A stretch of DNA of 64,000 nt from Malacoraja senta. Its lineage: Eukaryota. Both the position numbers and the translations under genes were made by a program. Under the pieces are notes generated by a model. It searched no databases. It had not been told where the DNA came from and saw nothing but the letters and a program-made list of their open reading frames with translations. The stretch is taken from NCBI GenBank assembly GCA_038087875.1, contig CM075993.1, positions 5,024,001-5,088,000 of the forward strand, given 5' to 3'. This document shows positions 26,940 through 41,611 of this stretch, one piece after another (the first letter of the stretch is position 1; the number at the start of each line of letters is the position of its first letter).

Positions 26940-27107
26940 CCTGTCCGTGAGCCCCAGCAGTCTCCAGCAGTGAGTAGTCGCCCAAAGAGTCGTACCTTTT
27001 TCTGGCCGCCGCTGGTTTTCAACATTTTGACAATTTTCTGCGACCTGCTATGACTATGACGGGTGCCGGCAAGTCGCCGAAAAAATGGTGTAAGTGGGAC
27101 AGGCCCT
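26940..27107. mobile_element. PIF/Harbinger-like MITE right half
   Basis: Ends AAGTGGGACAGGCCCT|TCA; GGGTGCCGGCA-GTCGCC shared with 10266-10505. Confidence 0.7.
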
Positions 27108-27550
27108 TCAGGTTCCTTTTAAATCTTTCCCCCCTCACCTTAAACCTCTGTCCTCTGGGCAAGAGGCTCGGTGCGTCTACCCGATCTATTCTTCTCATGA
27201 GGAAGAGATTGGCTATCTTGCACAAGTGGAGGATGACGGAGGTCCGCCATCTCAGCTCCAGAACATCAGTGCTGGAGTTCCTCAGGACAGTGCCCCAGCC
27301 CCCACCATCTTCAGTTTCTTCATGGCTGTCCTTCCTCGCACGGTAAGGGCAGTCGGCATCTTCACTGGTGACTGTACGATGTTAATCTACGTTTGTGAGC
27401 CCTGAGACGCCCATGCCTGGTGCCAGCGGGACTTCCACAACAGTCGGGCAATGGGTTCACTAGAGGCAGATACCATTCACCTCCAACGTCACCTCTTCCA
27501 GCTCGTAGTTAATACAGATGCACAGCGGTCACAGCGCCAAGCCCAGTCCT

Positions 27551-29515
27551 ACACCACCCACACCAACACCACCCACACCAACACCACCCACACCAACACC
27601 ACCCACACCAACACCACCCACACCAACACCACCCACACCAACACCATCCACACCAACACCATCCACACCAACACCACCCACACCAACACCACCCACACCA
27701 ACACCATCTACACCAACACCATCCACACCAACACCATCCACACCAACACCATCCACACCAACACCATCCACACCAACACCATCCACACCAACACCATCCA
27801 CACCAACACCATCCACACCAACACCATCTACACCAACACCATCCACACCAACACCATCCACACCAACACCATCTACACCAACACCATCCACACCAACACC
27901 ATCCACACCAACACCATCCACACCAACACCATCCACACCAACACCATCTACACCAACACCATCTACACCAACACTATCTACACCAACACCACCCACATCA
28001 ACACCATCTACACCAACACCACCCACACCAACACCATCTACACCAACACCACCCACACCAACACCACCCACACCAACACCACCCACACCAACACCATCTA
28101 CACCAACACCACCCACACCAACACCATCTACACCAACACCACCCACACCAACACCATCCACACCAACACCATCCACACCAACACCATCCACACCAACACC
28201 ATCTACACCAACACCACCCACACCAACACCACCCACACCAACACCATCTACACCAACACCACCCACACCAACACCACCCACACCAACACTATCTACACCA
28301 ACACCACCCACACCAACACCATCTACACCAACACCACCCGCACCAACACCATCCACACCAACACCACCCACACCAACACCACCCACACCAACACTATCTA
28401 CACCAACACCATCTACACCAACACCATCCACACCAACACTATCTACACCAACACCACCCACACCAACACCACCCACACCAACACTATCTACACCAACACC
28501 ACCCGCACCAACACCATCCACACCAACACCACCCACACCAACACCACCCACACCAACACTATCTACACCAACACCATCTACACCAACACCATCCACACCA
28601 ACACTATCTACACCAACACCATCCACACCAACACCATCTACACCAACACCATCTACACCAACACCACCCACACCAACACCATCCACACCAACACCATCTA
28701 CACCAACACTATCTTCACCAACACCACCCACACCAACACCATCCACACCAACACCACCCACCATCTACACCAACACCATCTACACCAACACCATCTACAC
28801 CAACACCATCTACACCAACACCACCCACACCAACACCACCCACACCAACACCATCCACACCAACACTATCCACACCAACACCATCCACACCAACACCACC
28901 CACACCAACACCACCCACACCAACACCATCCACACCAACACCATCCACACCAACACCATCCACACCAACACCATCCACACCAACACCACCCACACCAACA
29001 CCATCTACACCAACACCATCTACACCAACACCATCTACACCAACACACCCCACACCAACACCATCTACACCAACACCATCCACACCAACACTATCTACAC
29101 CAACATCACCCACACCAACACCATCTACACCAACACCATCTACTCCAACACCATCTACTCCAACACCACCCACACCAACACCACCCACACCAACACCATC
29201 CACACCAACACCATCCACACCAACACCATCCACACCAACACCACCCACACCAACACCATCCACACCAACACCATCTACACCAACACCATCCACACCAACA
29301 CTATCTACACCAACATCACCCACACCAACACCATCTACACCAACACCATCTACTCCAACACCATCTACACCAACACCATCTACACCAACACCATCCACAC
29401 CCACACCAACACCATCTACACCAACACCATCTACACCAACACCATCTACACCAACACCATCCACACCCACACCAACACCATCTACACCAACACCATCTAC
29501 ACCAACACCACACCA
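27551..29515. repeat. 15-bp minisatellite CACCAACAC(C/T)A(C/T)C(C/T)A, ~130 copies
   Basis: Direct inspection; G-free on the plus strand apart from rare variants. Confidence 0.97.
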
Positions 29516-29519
29516 AGTG

Positions 29520-29830
29520 TGGCCCGGCGCCTCAGCGGTGGTGTTGCTGCCTTACAGCGCCAGAGACCCGGGTTCGATCCCGACCACGGGTGCTTATCTG
29601 TACGGAGTTTGTGTGTCCTCCCCGTGACCACGTGGGTTTTCTCCGGGATCCCCGGTTTCCTCCCACACTCCAAAGACGTCCAGGTTTGCAGGTTAATTGG
29701 CTTGGTAAATTTGTAAGTTATCTCTCGTGTGCGTGTAGGATGGTGTTAGTGTGCGGGGATCGCTGGGCGGTGCGGACTCGGTGGGCCGAAGGTCCTGTTT
29801 CCGTGCTGTACCTCCAAACTAAACCAAACC
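29520..29830 (+). mobile_element. HE1-like SINE
   Basis: Full head, V-domain and tail. Confidence 0.85.
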
Positions 29831-31674
29831 ACATCTTCCACCAGCAACGATACATGCACGAGGAAAATAAGATCATTAGGGGAATAGATAGGGTAAATTT
29901 GGGTAAATGAGAGAGAAAAAGAGTTAAGGTTTAGGTCTCTGGTTGTCATGTGTACTCAGGTACAGTGTACAGCTTTGTTTTGCATGCTATCCACACAGAT
30001 GAGATATATTGCACAGAGATACAATCAGATCAAACTCCAGTACAATAGATAGAGCAAAGGGGAAGATACAGAGTGCAGACTATAGTTCTCAGCATTGTAG
30101 CGCATCAGTTCCACAGACACAGTCCAATGTCCGCAATGGGGTAGAGGTGAATCAGACAGCACCCTAGCTTGTGGAAGGACCCTTCAGAAGCCTGATAACA
30201 GAGGGGAAGAAGCTGTTCTTGAGTCTGGCGGTACGCACTTTCAAACTTCTGCATCTTCTGCCGCATGGGAGCGGAGAGGGAAAGAGGGAATAAGATCATG
30301 ATTGGAGCAGAATTAGGCCATTCGGCCCATCAGGTCTACTCCGCCATTCAATCATGGCTGATCTATCTCTGCCATTCTCAAGGGTAATGGGGAGAAGGCA
30401 GGAGAATGGGTTTTGGAGGGAGAGATAGATCAGCCATGATTGAATGGTGGAGTAGACTTGATGGGCTCAATGGCCAATTTCTGCTCCTCGGAGTCCCATT
30501 CTGCTCCAGGAGCCCCATTCTCCTGCCTTCTCCCCGTAACCCCTGACACCCGTACTAATCAGGAATCTATCTGTCTCTGCCTTAAAAATATCCATTGACT
30601 TGGCCTCCACAGCCTTCCGTGGCAAAGAATTCCACATTTCTTTCCAATGAAGGAAATTAATATTGAAGTGTGACAGAGTGTGTGAATAAACAGCAGGCGG
30701 CCTGCAGGAATGATGAGATGTCAGGAAGTGTGAGTTGGCTGAGTCTCCCTGGACCCAGGGCTCCATCAGCATCTGTGCTTAGTATAGTATAGTTTAGTTT
30801 AGAGATATAGCATGGAAACAGGCCCTTCGGCCCACCGGGACCGTGCCCACCAGCGATCCCCGCACATTGTAGGTATTTTGTTGGATCACATGCTTGATCA
30901 ACGATGTTTTATCATGAATGTTTTATTATTATTAATGTTTAGTGTTTTCAGAGTCGTTCGTAACTGTCACTGTGTGTCATGTTGTTACTTGTGGGCGGAG
31001 CACCAAGGCAAATTCCTTGTATGTGAATACTTGGCCAATAAACTTACTTAACACCATCCGACACACACACACACACTAGGGACAATTTTTACATTTACAC
31101 CGAGCCAATTAACCCACAAACCTGTGCGTCTTTGGAGTGTGGGAGGAAACCGAAGATCTCGGAGGAAACCCACGCAGGTCACGGGGAGAACGTACAAACT
31201 CCGTACAGACAGCGCCCGTGGTCGGGTAGCAACTCTACCGCTGCGCCACCATGGCGCCCTGATGTGCTGTCAATATTTTATATGCAAGATATTCACTCCT
31301 CCTTGTAGACCCAGTGTTTTCCCATTCTTCCCTCAACCCTCCCCTCCATCCCACCCCCCCCCCCCCCCCACACAAGGCTCTGGGCTTGAGTTGTCAGAAG
31401 AGATTTGTGTTCATAAGTGATAGTAGCAGAATTTGGCCATTCGGCCCATCAAGTCTACTCCGCCATTCAATCATGGCTGATCTATCTCTCCCTCCAAAAC
31501 CCATTCTCCTGCCTTCTCCCCATTACCCTTGACACCAGCACTAAGCAAGAACCTATCTATTGCCAAGACCACAATAGTTTGCAGAGAATTGTCTAATAAC
31601 ACTAAACCCCAACACGTCACCTCTCAACCTCCATTCCACCAGGGAAAACAGACCCAACCCATCCAATTATTGTG

Positions 31675-32175
31675 AGCAATTTTGGGCCCCGTATCTGAGG
31701 AAGGATGTGCTGGCTCTGGTGGAGGGTCCAGAGGAGGTTGACGAGAATGATCCCAGGAATGAGTGGGTTAACATATGATGAGCGTTTGACGGCACTGGGC
31801 CTGTACTCGCTGGAGTTCAGAAGGATGAGGGGGGGACCTCATTGAAACTTACCGAATAGTGAAAGGCCTGGATAGAGTGGACGTGGAGAGGATGTTTCCA
31901 CAAGTGGGAGAGTCTAGGACCAGAGGTCACAGCCTCAAAATTAAAGGACGTTCCTTTAGGAAGGAGATGAGGAGGAATCTCTTCAGTCAGAGGGCGGTGA
32001 ATCTGAGGAATTCATTGCCTGTGGAGGCCACGTCATTGGGTATTTTTAAAGCTGAGATTGACAGATACTTGATTGGTCGGGGGTTATGGGGAGAAGGCAG
32101 GAGGGAAAGATAGATCAGCCATGATTGAATGGCGGACTAGACTCGATGGGCCGAACGGCCTACTTCTGCTCCAAT
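31675..32175 (+). mobile_element. CR1 LINE 3' fragment
   Basis: KGLDRVDVERMFPQVGESRTRGHSLKIKGRSFRKEMRRN. Confidence 0.9.
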
Positions 32176-33574
32176 GACTAGTGGACTTGTAAAGCCAGAG
32201 CACCCAGAGGAAACCCACGCAGTCACAGGGAGAACATGCAAACTCCGTACAGACAATACAATACAATAGCGTTTATTGTCATTTGAACCTCAAATGAAGT
32301 TCAAACAAAATTTGGTTTCTGCAGTCATACAACAAGAAAAGAACCAAGACCCACACCAACACAATTTACACAAACATCCATCACAGTGAATCTCCTCCAA
32401 ACTGTGATGGAAGGCAAAGTCTTGTCTCTCCCCTGCTCTCCATTCTTCTCCCGATGTTTAAACCCCTGGCGGGCGATGGTAAGTCCCGCGGCCGTTAAAG
32501 CCGCACCGGGCGATGTAAGGCCCCGCTCCAGGCCCCGTACAGACCAGCACCCGTAGTCGGGATCGAACCCGGGACTCTGGCGCTGCAAGGGCAGCAACTC
32601 TGTCGCTGAGCCACCAAATGTTGATAGATGAGAACGAGGATTTACGGCCAACTTAGTCTACAGCAGAACGGCACGCGGGAAGTAATGCATTTGACACGGA
32701 GGTACAGTTCATCAAACCGCTGTTACGGCAATGAATTGTCAAAGAAGCTGCATGGATAAAATATCTTTCATCTTCGATCCTCCCGTACACGCCCAGCTCT
32801 TCCCACTCTGAATTGATGTGCAGGCGAGAATACTGTCTGCAATGTAATGAATCTGTATTGGTCTATTACTGTCACCTATACAGAGATTGCAAGCTGTACT
32901 TGCATGCTATCCAGTTAGATCATACCTTACACGAGTACAAATCTTTACCAAGGCTTTATCTTGCTCTAAACATTGTTCCCTTATCGTGTATCTGTACACT
33001 GTACATGGCCCGATTGTAATCATGTATTCTCTTTCCCATGACTCTCTTTTTCTCACAGAGAGTGGTGAGTCTGTGGAATTCTCTGCCTCAGAGGGCGGTG
33101 GAGGCAGGTTCTCTGGATACTTTCAAGAGAGAGCTGGATAGGGCTCTTAAAAATAGCGGAGTCAGGGGATATGGGGAGAAGGCAGGAACGGGGTACTGAT
33201 TGGCGATGATCAGCCATGATCACATTGAATGGCGGTGCTGGCTCGAAGGGCCGAATGGCCTTCTCCTGCACCTATTGGCTATTGTCTATGACTGTACAGC
33301 ACGCAGTAAAAGCTCTTCATTCTACCTCGGTGCACGTGACAATAAACTAAAATAAATCATGCCATATGTGTAGGAAGGAACTGCAGATGCTGGTTTAAAC
33401 CGAAGGTAGACACAGAGTGCTGGAGTAACTCAGCGGGACAGGCAGCATCTCTGGAGAGAAGGAATGGGTGACGTTTCGGGTCGAGACCCTTCGTCATGTC
33501 GTACACAAGTACAACAGGCAAACTGCCAGAGCACAGAATATATGTGATCTCTTTGCACTAAATGTTAGAGCTTT

Positions 33575-34170
33575 AGACTTTAGAGATACAGCAGGGAAAC
33601 AGGCCCTTCGGCCCACCAAATCCACGCCGACCAGCGACCCCCCCGTACATTAGCACTATCCTACACACACTAGGGAACAATTTACAATTTTTTTTTTGCG
33701 GAATCCAATTAACCTACAAACCCGCACGACTTCGGAGTGTGGGAGGAAACCTGAGCACCCGGAGAAAACCCACGCAGGTCACGGGGAGAAGGTACAAACT
33801 CCGTACAGACGGCACTCGTCGACGGAACTCGTGTCTCTGAAGCTGTGAGGCAGCAACTACCTCGAATCAACAGATGGTCGGCACCGTGGCGCAGCGGTAG
33901 AGTGGCTGCCCTGCAGCGCCAGGGTCCTGGGTTCGATCCTGACCACGGCTGCTTGTCTGTACGAACTTTCTACGTTCTCCCCAAGACCCTGCGTGGGTTT
34001 CCTCTGGATTCCTCCCACACTCCAAAGACGTGCAGGTTTGTAGGTTAATTGGCTTGGTGTAAATGTAAATTGTCCCTAGTGGGTGTAGGATAGTGTTACT
34101 GGTCGCTGGTCCACGCGGACTCGGTGGGCCGAAGGGCCTGTTTCTGTGCTGTATCTCTAAGCTAAACGAA
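33575..34170. mobile_element. Head-to-head pair of HE1-like SINEs
   Basis: Minus copy 33575-33860, plus copy 33880-34170. Confidence 0.85.
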
Positions 34171-34439
34171 ACATAGTGTAACACCGTTGTGGTATGACAG
34201 TTTCTGTTCGACGTTCTAACGCAGGCAGGTCACATAAGGAAGGTGTATGTCCATATATGGTCTTGGAGGGGAGGATGCTTCTCAAACTGCGGAGCGTCCT
34301 TGGACAATGCACCTCACCCCCTCCGTGACACACTGGTCAACCTGAGGAGCACCTTCAACAACAGACTGGTTCCACCAAGATGCAGCGTAGAACACCACAG
34401 GAGATCTTTTATCCCTGTGGCTATCAAACTATAGACTAT

Positions 34440-34800
34440 GGGATAGTCCCTGCCTCAACTACCTCCTCTGGCAGCTTGTTCCATACATCCGCCAACCTTT
34501 GTGTGAAAAAGATATCCCTCAGATTCCTAGCAAATCTTTTCCCCTTCACCGTGAACCTATGTCCTCTGGTCCTCGATTCCTCTACTCTGGGCAAGAGACT
34601 CTGTGCATCTACCCGATCTATTCCTCTCGTGACTTGGTACACCTGTATAAGATCTCCCCTCATCCTCCTGCGCTCCAAGGAATAGAGACCCAGCCTCCTC
34701 AACCGCACACCCTCTAGTCCTGGCAACATCCTCGTAAATCTTCTCAGAACCCTTTTCAAGCTTGACAACGTCTTCCTGTAACACGGTGCCCAGAACGGAA
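34440..34800 (-). mobile_element. CR1 LINE fragment
   Basis: RRFTRMLPGLEG...LERRRMRGDLI...ESRTRGH. Confidence 0.85.
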
Positions 34801-35709
34801 CACAGGCCAAGGGACGAGAATGCTGTCCCATCATCTTCCTTGCCGGGACATCGTTCAGAGTTTGCGAATCATCTCCGGCTGCCTGCCTCTCTTACACGGA
34901 CGTCCCCACTCATTGAAAGTGAGGTGATGAAATTCTCGACATTGCTCTAATCTTGTATCGTTCTGTCAGTATAAGTCTACTGGGAGGCAAACCAACGCGG
35001 TTGCTGTTGGCAACGGTGCATGCGACATCTTAACCACACATTCACTCGCTTGTCTTAACAAAAAAAATCACATCTAAATCTCACACTTACACACTGATAA
35101 CACCAGAGGCAAGCGCGGAGCTAAGAATGATCTCAATCACACTCCAGTTGCCACCGACCACTGATGTCAGCTAGCATAAGATGAAGTCCTCTTGAACCAA
35201 GGTAACCCACGGCCATAGATCACAGCCCCCCCGAAGGGTCTCGACCACAAAACGTCACCCATTCCTTCTCTCCAGAGATGCTGCCTGTCCCGCTGAGTTA
35301 CTCCAGCTCTCTGTGTCTGTCATAGACATCTCACCCAGAGAGTTGTGAGTCTGTGGAATTCTCTGCCTCAGAAGGCAGTGGAGGCCAATTCTCTGGATGC
35401 TTTCAAGAGAGAGCTTTTAAAGATAGCAGAGTCAGGGGATATGGGGAGAAGGCAGGAACGGGGTACTGATTGTGGATGATCAGCCATGATCACAGTGAAT
35501 GGCGGTGCTGGCTTGAAGGGCCGAATGGCCTACTCCTGCACCTATTGTCTATTTAAATGAAACCAGACATTAAGGATCACAAGCGCTGATAGTGAGGGCT
35601 GTACAAGGGCACATACTTCACACTTGACCTTCAGTTGAGACTCTGCTAACATTTACCCCTTTAGTCATTCAATCCTTCAAACCACGCTCCATCCACAAGA
35701 CATAAATGC

Positions 35710-36080
35710 TTTATTGAAACATATAAGATTATTAAGGGATTGGACATGCTAGAGGCAGGAAACATGTTCCCCATGTTGGGGGAGTCCAGAACCAGGGGCC
35801 ACAGTTTTAAAATAATGGGTTGGCCATTTAGAACGGAGACGAGGAAAAACCTTTTCACCCAGAGAGTTGTGAATCTGTGGAATTCTCTGCCTCAGAAGGC
35901 AGTGGAGGCCAATTCTCTGGATGCTTTCAAGAGAGAGTTAGATAGGGCTCTTAAAGATAGCGGAGTCAGGGGATATGGGGAGAAGGCAGGAACGGGGTAC
36001 TGATTGGGGATGATCAGCCATGATCTCAGTGAATGGCGGTGCTGGTTCGAAGGGCCGAATGGCCTACTCCTGCACCTATT
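35710..36080 (+). mobile_element. CR1 LINE 3' end
   Basis: ORF 35740-36003 ends GYGEKAGTGY-stop; tail stem-loop. Confidence 0.9.
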
Positions 36081-37689
36081 GTTTATTATCGCCCCCCCCC
36101 CCCTCTCAACTTTGAACTCATGGTGGTTCGGGTAGCGGTAGAGTTGCTGCCTCACAGCGCCAGGGACCCGGGTTCGATTCTGTCTGTATGCAGTTTGTAC
36201 GTTCTCCCTGTGACCGCGTGGGTTTCCTTAAGGGGCTCCGGTTTCATAAATTCATACGTTCTAGGAGCCATTCGGCCCATCAAGCCTACTCTGTGGGGTG
36301 TGGGCTTCCTCCAACATCCCAAAGGCGTGTGGGGTTGTAGGTTAATTGGCTTGTGTAAACTGTCCTGTGTGTGTGTGTAGGATGCAAAGCTGTGACAACA
36401 TAGAACTAGTATGAATGGGTGATTGCTGTGGTCGGCATGGACTCGATGGGCCGAAGGGCTTGTGCCCAGGCTGTATGTCCTAACTCTAAACTGGAATCAG
36501 GTGGATAAGAATGGCTGGTTCACAGGTTCGGCCCCCAGAAGCACGTCAGCGAACATTGCATGGTATCCTATGACAAAGCGCTGGTCACCGCATCTGACCC
36601 CACTTTCTAATCCGAGACTTAATTAATTACCTCAATTCCCCCGTTGCCGTGGTTGCGATCAAACTCGTTCTCCAGATTAATAGGAAGATCACGACTTAAC
36701 CGCTTCACCCCCGCACCCATGCAGCAGCCGCAAGGAGTATTGCAGCAGCTTGCAACACCGCCTTGGCCTGAGTCTGAAGAAAGGGGTCTCGACCCGAAAC
36801 GTCACCCATTCCTTCTCTCCAGAGATGCCGCCTGTCCCGCTGAGTTACACCAGCATTTTGAGTCTGTCTTCGGTGTAAACCAGCATCTGCAGTTCCTTCC
36901 TACACAACGTCGCCCAAAAGCTGGACAGACACAAAGTGATCTGCCCTGGCCTATGACCAATTTGCAATGTATTTGAATGCAATGCATTCCCAATTTACCC
37001 GCATGGGTTTGGCCATTTTGGTCGGCATGAATGACTTGGGCCGAATGGCCACATTCTGTGCTCTATGAATCTATAAGGAACTTTTTCTCACAGAGAGTGG
37101 TGAGTCTGTGGAATTCTCTGCCTCAGAGGGCGGTGGAGGCAGGTTCTCTGGATACTTTCAAGAGAGAGCTGGATAGGGCTCTTAAAGATAGGGGATATGG
37201 GGAGAAGGCAGGAACGGGGTATTGATTGGTGATGATCAGCCATGATCACATTAAATGGCGGTGCAGGCTCGAAGGGCCAAATGGCCTACTCCTGCACCTA
37301 TTGTCTATTGCCTATTAAAATGGAAAGCAAATACCTTTGCATCCTTTAGACTTTAGAGATACAGCCTGGAGAGGTTCTTCAGCCCACTCCGTACACTAGT
37401 TCTATCCCACACATCAGGGACAGTTTACAGAAGCCAGTTAACCGATAAACCTGGAATGTGGGGGGGAAACCAGAGCACCCGGAGAAAACCCACTTGGTCA
37501 TATGGAAGAACTAGCATATGGGGTGATCGCTGATTGGCACCCACTCAGTGTTTCCAGGCTGTATCTCTAAACTACAACTAAAACAAAAGGTAGAAGCAAG
37601 GAACTGCAGCTGGTAGTTTAGGAGAAAAGACACAAAGTGCCGGAGTAACCCAGTGTGTCTGGCAGCGTATGTGAAAAGCATGGATGGGT

Positions 37690-38535
37690 GACAATAGACA
37701 ATAGACAATAGGTGCAGGAGTAGGCCATTCGGCCCTTCAAGCCAGCACCGCCATTCAATGTGACCATGGCTGATCATCCCCAATCAGTACCCCGTTCCTG
37801 CCTTCTCTCCATATCCCCTGACACCGCTATCTTTAAGAGCCCTATCTAGCTCTCTCTTGAAAGTATCCAGAGAACCGGCCTCCACCGCCCTCTGAGGCAG
37901 AGAATTCCACAGACTCACAACTCTCTGTGTGAAAAAGTGTTTCCTCGTCTCTGTTCTAAATGGGTTACCCCATATTCTTAAACTGTGTGGCCCCTGGTTC
38001 TGGACTTCCCCAACATCAGGAACATGTTTCCTGCCTCTAGCGTGTCCAAACCCTTAACAATCTTACATGTTTCAATAAGATACCCTCTCATCCTTCTAAA
38101 CTCCAGAGTGTACAAGCCCAGTTGCTCCCATTCTCTCAGCATATGACAGTCCCGCCATCCCGGGAATTAACCTTGTAAACCTACGCTGCACTCCCTCAAT
38201 AGCAAGAATGTCCTTCCTCAAATTAGGGGACCAAAACTGCACACAATACTCCAGGTGTGGTCTCACTAGGGTCCTGTACAACTGCAGAAGGACCTCTTTG
38301 CTCCTATATTCGATTCCTCTTATTATAAAGGCCAACATGCCATCCGCTTTCTTCACTGCCTGCTGTACCTGCATGCTTACTTTCATTGACTGATGAACAA
38401 GGACCCCAAGATCCCGTTGTACTTCTCCTTTTCCCAACTTGATAGTAATCTGCCTTCCTGTTTTTTGCTACCAAAGTGGATGAACTCACATTTATCCGCA
38501 TTAAACTCCATCTGCCATGCATCTGCCCACTCCCC
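37690..38535 (-). mobile_element. CR1 LINE 3' ~850 bp
   Basis: WADAWQMEFNADKC...QRDLGVLV...RPHLEYCVQFWSP to tail. Confidence 0.92.
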
Positions 38536-38634
38536 CAACATTTCAGGTCGCGATCCTTCTTGAGCCTGAAGAAGGGGTTGGTCTGGAAGAGCCTTCAATG
38601 AGAACTTCCCATCAAGGAGGAATATCTTCTTCTT

Positions 38635-39082
38635 TGAGGGAAATGGCGGGACTGTCATATGCTGAGAGAATGGAGCAGCTGGGCTTGTACACCCTGGAGT
38701 TTAGAAGGATGAGAGGGTATCTTATTGAAACATATAAAACTGTTAAGGGCTTGGACACACTAGAGGCAGGAAACATGTTCCCGATGTTGGGGGAGTCCAG
38801 AACCAGGGGCCACAGTTTAAGAATAAGGAGTAAGCCATTTAGAACGGAGACGAGGAAACACTTTTTCTCACAGAGAGTGGTGAGTCTGTGGAATTCTCTG
38901 CCTCAGGATGCTTTCAAGAGAGAGCTAGATAGGGCTCTTAAAAATAGCGGAGTCAGGGGATATGGGGAGAAGGCAGGAACGGGGTACTGATTGGGGATGA
39001 TCAGCCATGGTCACATTGAATGGCGGTGCTGGCTCGAAGGGCCGAATGGCCTACTCCTGCACCTATTGTCTATTGTCTATTG
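38635..39082 (+). mobile_element. CR1 LINE 3' end
   Basis: MAGLSYAERMEQLGLYTLEFRRMRG...GYGEKAGTGY. Confidence 0.92.
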
Positions 39083-39689
39083 GAACAAAGGAGGACACTG
39101 CGTGGGGGGACTGCCATGAGGGGGGGGAGAGATCAATGGTGACCCAGCGTGAGTGGGGGGGGGGGGGGGGAAGGGGATGAGAACCTGGAGGGGGATACTT
39201 TGTCGATGCCCTTTATGTATCGACTAATTGCATACCTTGGGTACGCAAGCAAAGAATTTCGCTGTGACTTGTCACATGTAAGTATGAATTCCCTCATTCA
39301 TATCCCAATGGTACACCTCTTCACAGACAGTCACCTGCCGACACAAACCTCCCCCACCGCTCAGCCAGCCCGACAGGCTTGGTAAATGAAACATCATTGC
39401 CCTAAAATAAATGAGTTCATTTTAAACTAATAATAAAGTATTGATTTGTGACGATTAGTGATCGACTTAATTCACAGCACGAGATAAATGTTTGGAAGAG
39501 GAATTAAGAGTAATGATATGATGTCTGCGGTGAGGCAGATCCCAGCTTGACGCAGTATCCCGGGGTTAGGACGCTCTGATTGCCCATGGTTATCCATGGA
39601 AATAAATGAGCTATTGATCAGTGGCTTTGTGGTGGGTCCTCCAGTATATCTGTGTCCGACTGTCTGTCCGTTCCCCCATCTGTACGTGG

Positions 39690-39772
39690 TGTATGTTTGT
39701 GTCAGGGTGTGTGTGGTGTGTGTTGTGTGATTATGTGTGTGAGTGTTGTTTGTGTGTGTGTGTGTGGTGTAT

Positions 39773-39814
<42 letters not shown>

Positions 39815-40475
39815 TGTATGTGTGTGTGTGTATGTGTATGTGTCTGTGTGTGTGTGTGTGTGTGTGTGGTGTATGTGTCTGTGTGTGTTGTGTGTGTGTG
39901 TGTGTGTGTTGTGTGTGTGTGTGTGGGGGTGTGTTGTGTGTGTGCGTGTGTGTGGTGGGTGTGTGTGTGTGAGTGTGGTGTGTGTGTGTATGTATGTGTC
40001 TGTGTGTGTGCGTATATATGTGGTGTGTGTGTGGTGTGTGTGTATATGCATGGTGTGTGTATGTGGGTGTGTGTGTGTGTATGTGGGTGTGTGTGTGCGT
40101 GTGTGTGTGGGAGAGGGGTATGTATGTGTGTGGGTGTGTAATTGTGTGTGTGATATGCGTGTTGTGTGTGTGGTACATCCTCCAGTATATCTGTTCCGTC
40201 TGAGTTTTTCCATCGGTGCATAGTGTGTGTTTGTGTTAGGTGTGTCTGTGTGTTTGTGCAATAGTGTGTATGTGTCTGTCTGCCTGCCTGTGTGGTACAT
40301 CTGGTGTGTGTGTGATGTATGTGTGTGGGTGTGTGTACTTGTGTGTGGTGGGTGGGTGTGTGTGTCTATGTGTATGTGTGTGTATTGCGTGTGTGTCAGT
40401 GTGTGTGTCGATGTGTATGTGTATTGCGTGTGTCAGTGTGTGTGTCGATGTGTGTGTCAGTGTGTGTGAGTGTGA
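39690..40475. repeat. Degenerate (GT)n microsatellite
   Basis: Direct inspection. Confidence 0.95.
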
Positions 40476-40807
40476 AGGTGACGTGTTTCTCTGTCAGTGC
40501 CCGTGTGGGTCCGTGTCACGGTGAATGTGCATCAGTGTGCATCCGCAGATGCTGCCTGACCTACTGGGTGTTTCCAGCAGTTTGTCTTTTCTTGAATGTC
40601 CAGAATCTGTAGTTTAAAAAAAATCAAAAAAACCCTAATGTTTGGTTTGCTTATTTGGGCATTAGTTGAACCCAGTGGTGTAACCTTTAGAGACTTGTAC
40701 TTAACATCCATTTGTCCCTCTGCTCCACCCAAAACACTTCTTCCACATCATGTGAGCTCCCTCACAATCAACATGTCCTCCTGTACATTGCCTACAACAC
40801 GTGAGCA

Positions 40808-41108
40808 GCGCGGTGGCGCAGCGGTAGAGTTGCTGCCTCGCATCGCCAGAGACCCGAGTTCGATCCTGACTACGGGTGCTGTCTGTACGGAGTTTGCCCG
40901 TTCTCCCCGTGACCTGCGTGGCCTTTTACCCCGGGTGCTCCGGTTTCCCCCCCACACTCCAAAGACGCGCAGGTTTAGTAGGATAATTGTCTCGTGTAAA
41001 ATTGTAAATTGTTCCTGGTGCGTGGAGGTTAACGTGGAGGTGATCGACGGTCGGCACGGACTCGGCGGGCCGAAGGGCCTGTTTCCGCGCTGTATCTCTA
41101 AAGTCTAA
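40808..41108 (+). mobile_element. HE1-like SINE
   Basis: Full head, V-domain and tail. Confidence 0.88.
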
Positions 41109-41611
41109 ATTCTACTTAGCGATCATTGATGCATCATCTCAGGCACCACAAGTGTTGCAGATCAGGAAACATTTTTAATAAATAATAAACAGTTAGGGCT
41201 GCACGTTGCAGGGGCACCAGTTTGAGGCATTTATCGGAAGCACTCGTCTGTTTCGTGGGGGTTCGGGCAGTGGGGGTCGACCCCCTTGAGTTGTTGAGGA
41301 GCTCCCGACTGCCTCTCCCTTTGGTCTCCTCCCCATCCTCTCAAGACCCAGGACAGATTGACCAAGGTCCACACTAACCCAGGCCTGGCCTGGCCCTCCT
41401 CGACTGACCCAGGCCACTCTAACCATGCACCAGACTGTCCAAGGCTTGGGTTACTCCAGCACGTTGTGCTTTTCTCCAGCAGATTGACCTTCGCTGGCTG
41501 GCTTGGTGGGGGTCGGGGTCATCGGTACCCGCTACGTTGGTTCCAGAGCCTGTCTGGATTATCTGTTTGCCGGGACCAGCGGAGGTCCAATGGTACCAGA
41601 ACGTTCTGCCA

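Noticed and set aside
27451..29910. 819-aa and 732-aa ORFs
   Set aside because: Translations of a stop-free 15-bp minisatellite running into a SINE; no protein signal.
36644..36718. Possible tRNA-His-like sequence on minus strand (ends ACCACGGCAA)
   Set aside because: No cloverleaf or credible anticodon arm; at most a decayed SINE head.
40808..40880. tRNA genes at HE1 SINE heads (many copies)
   Set aside because: A/B boxes continue into V-domain and CR1-derived tail; these are SINEs, not tRNAs.
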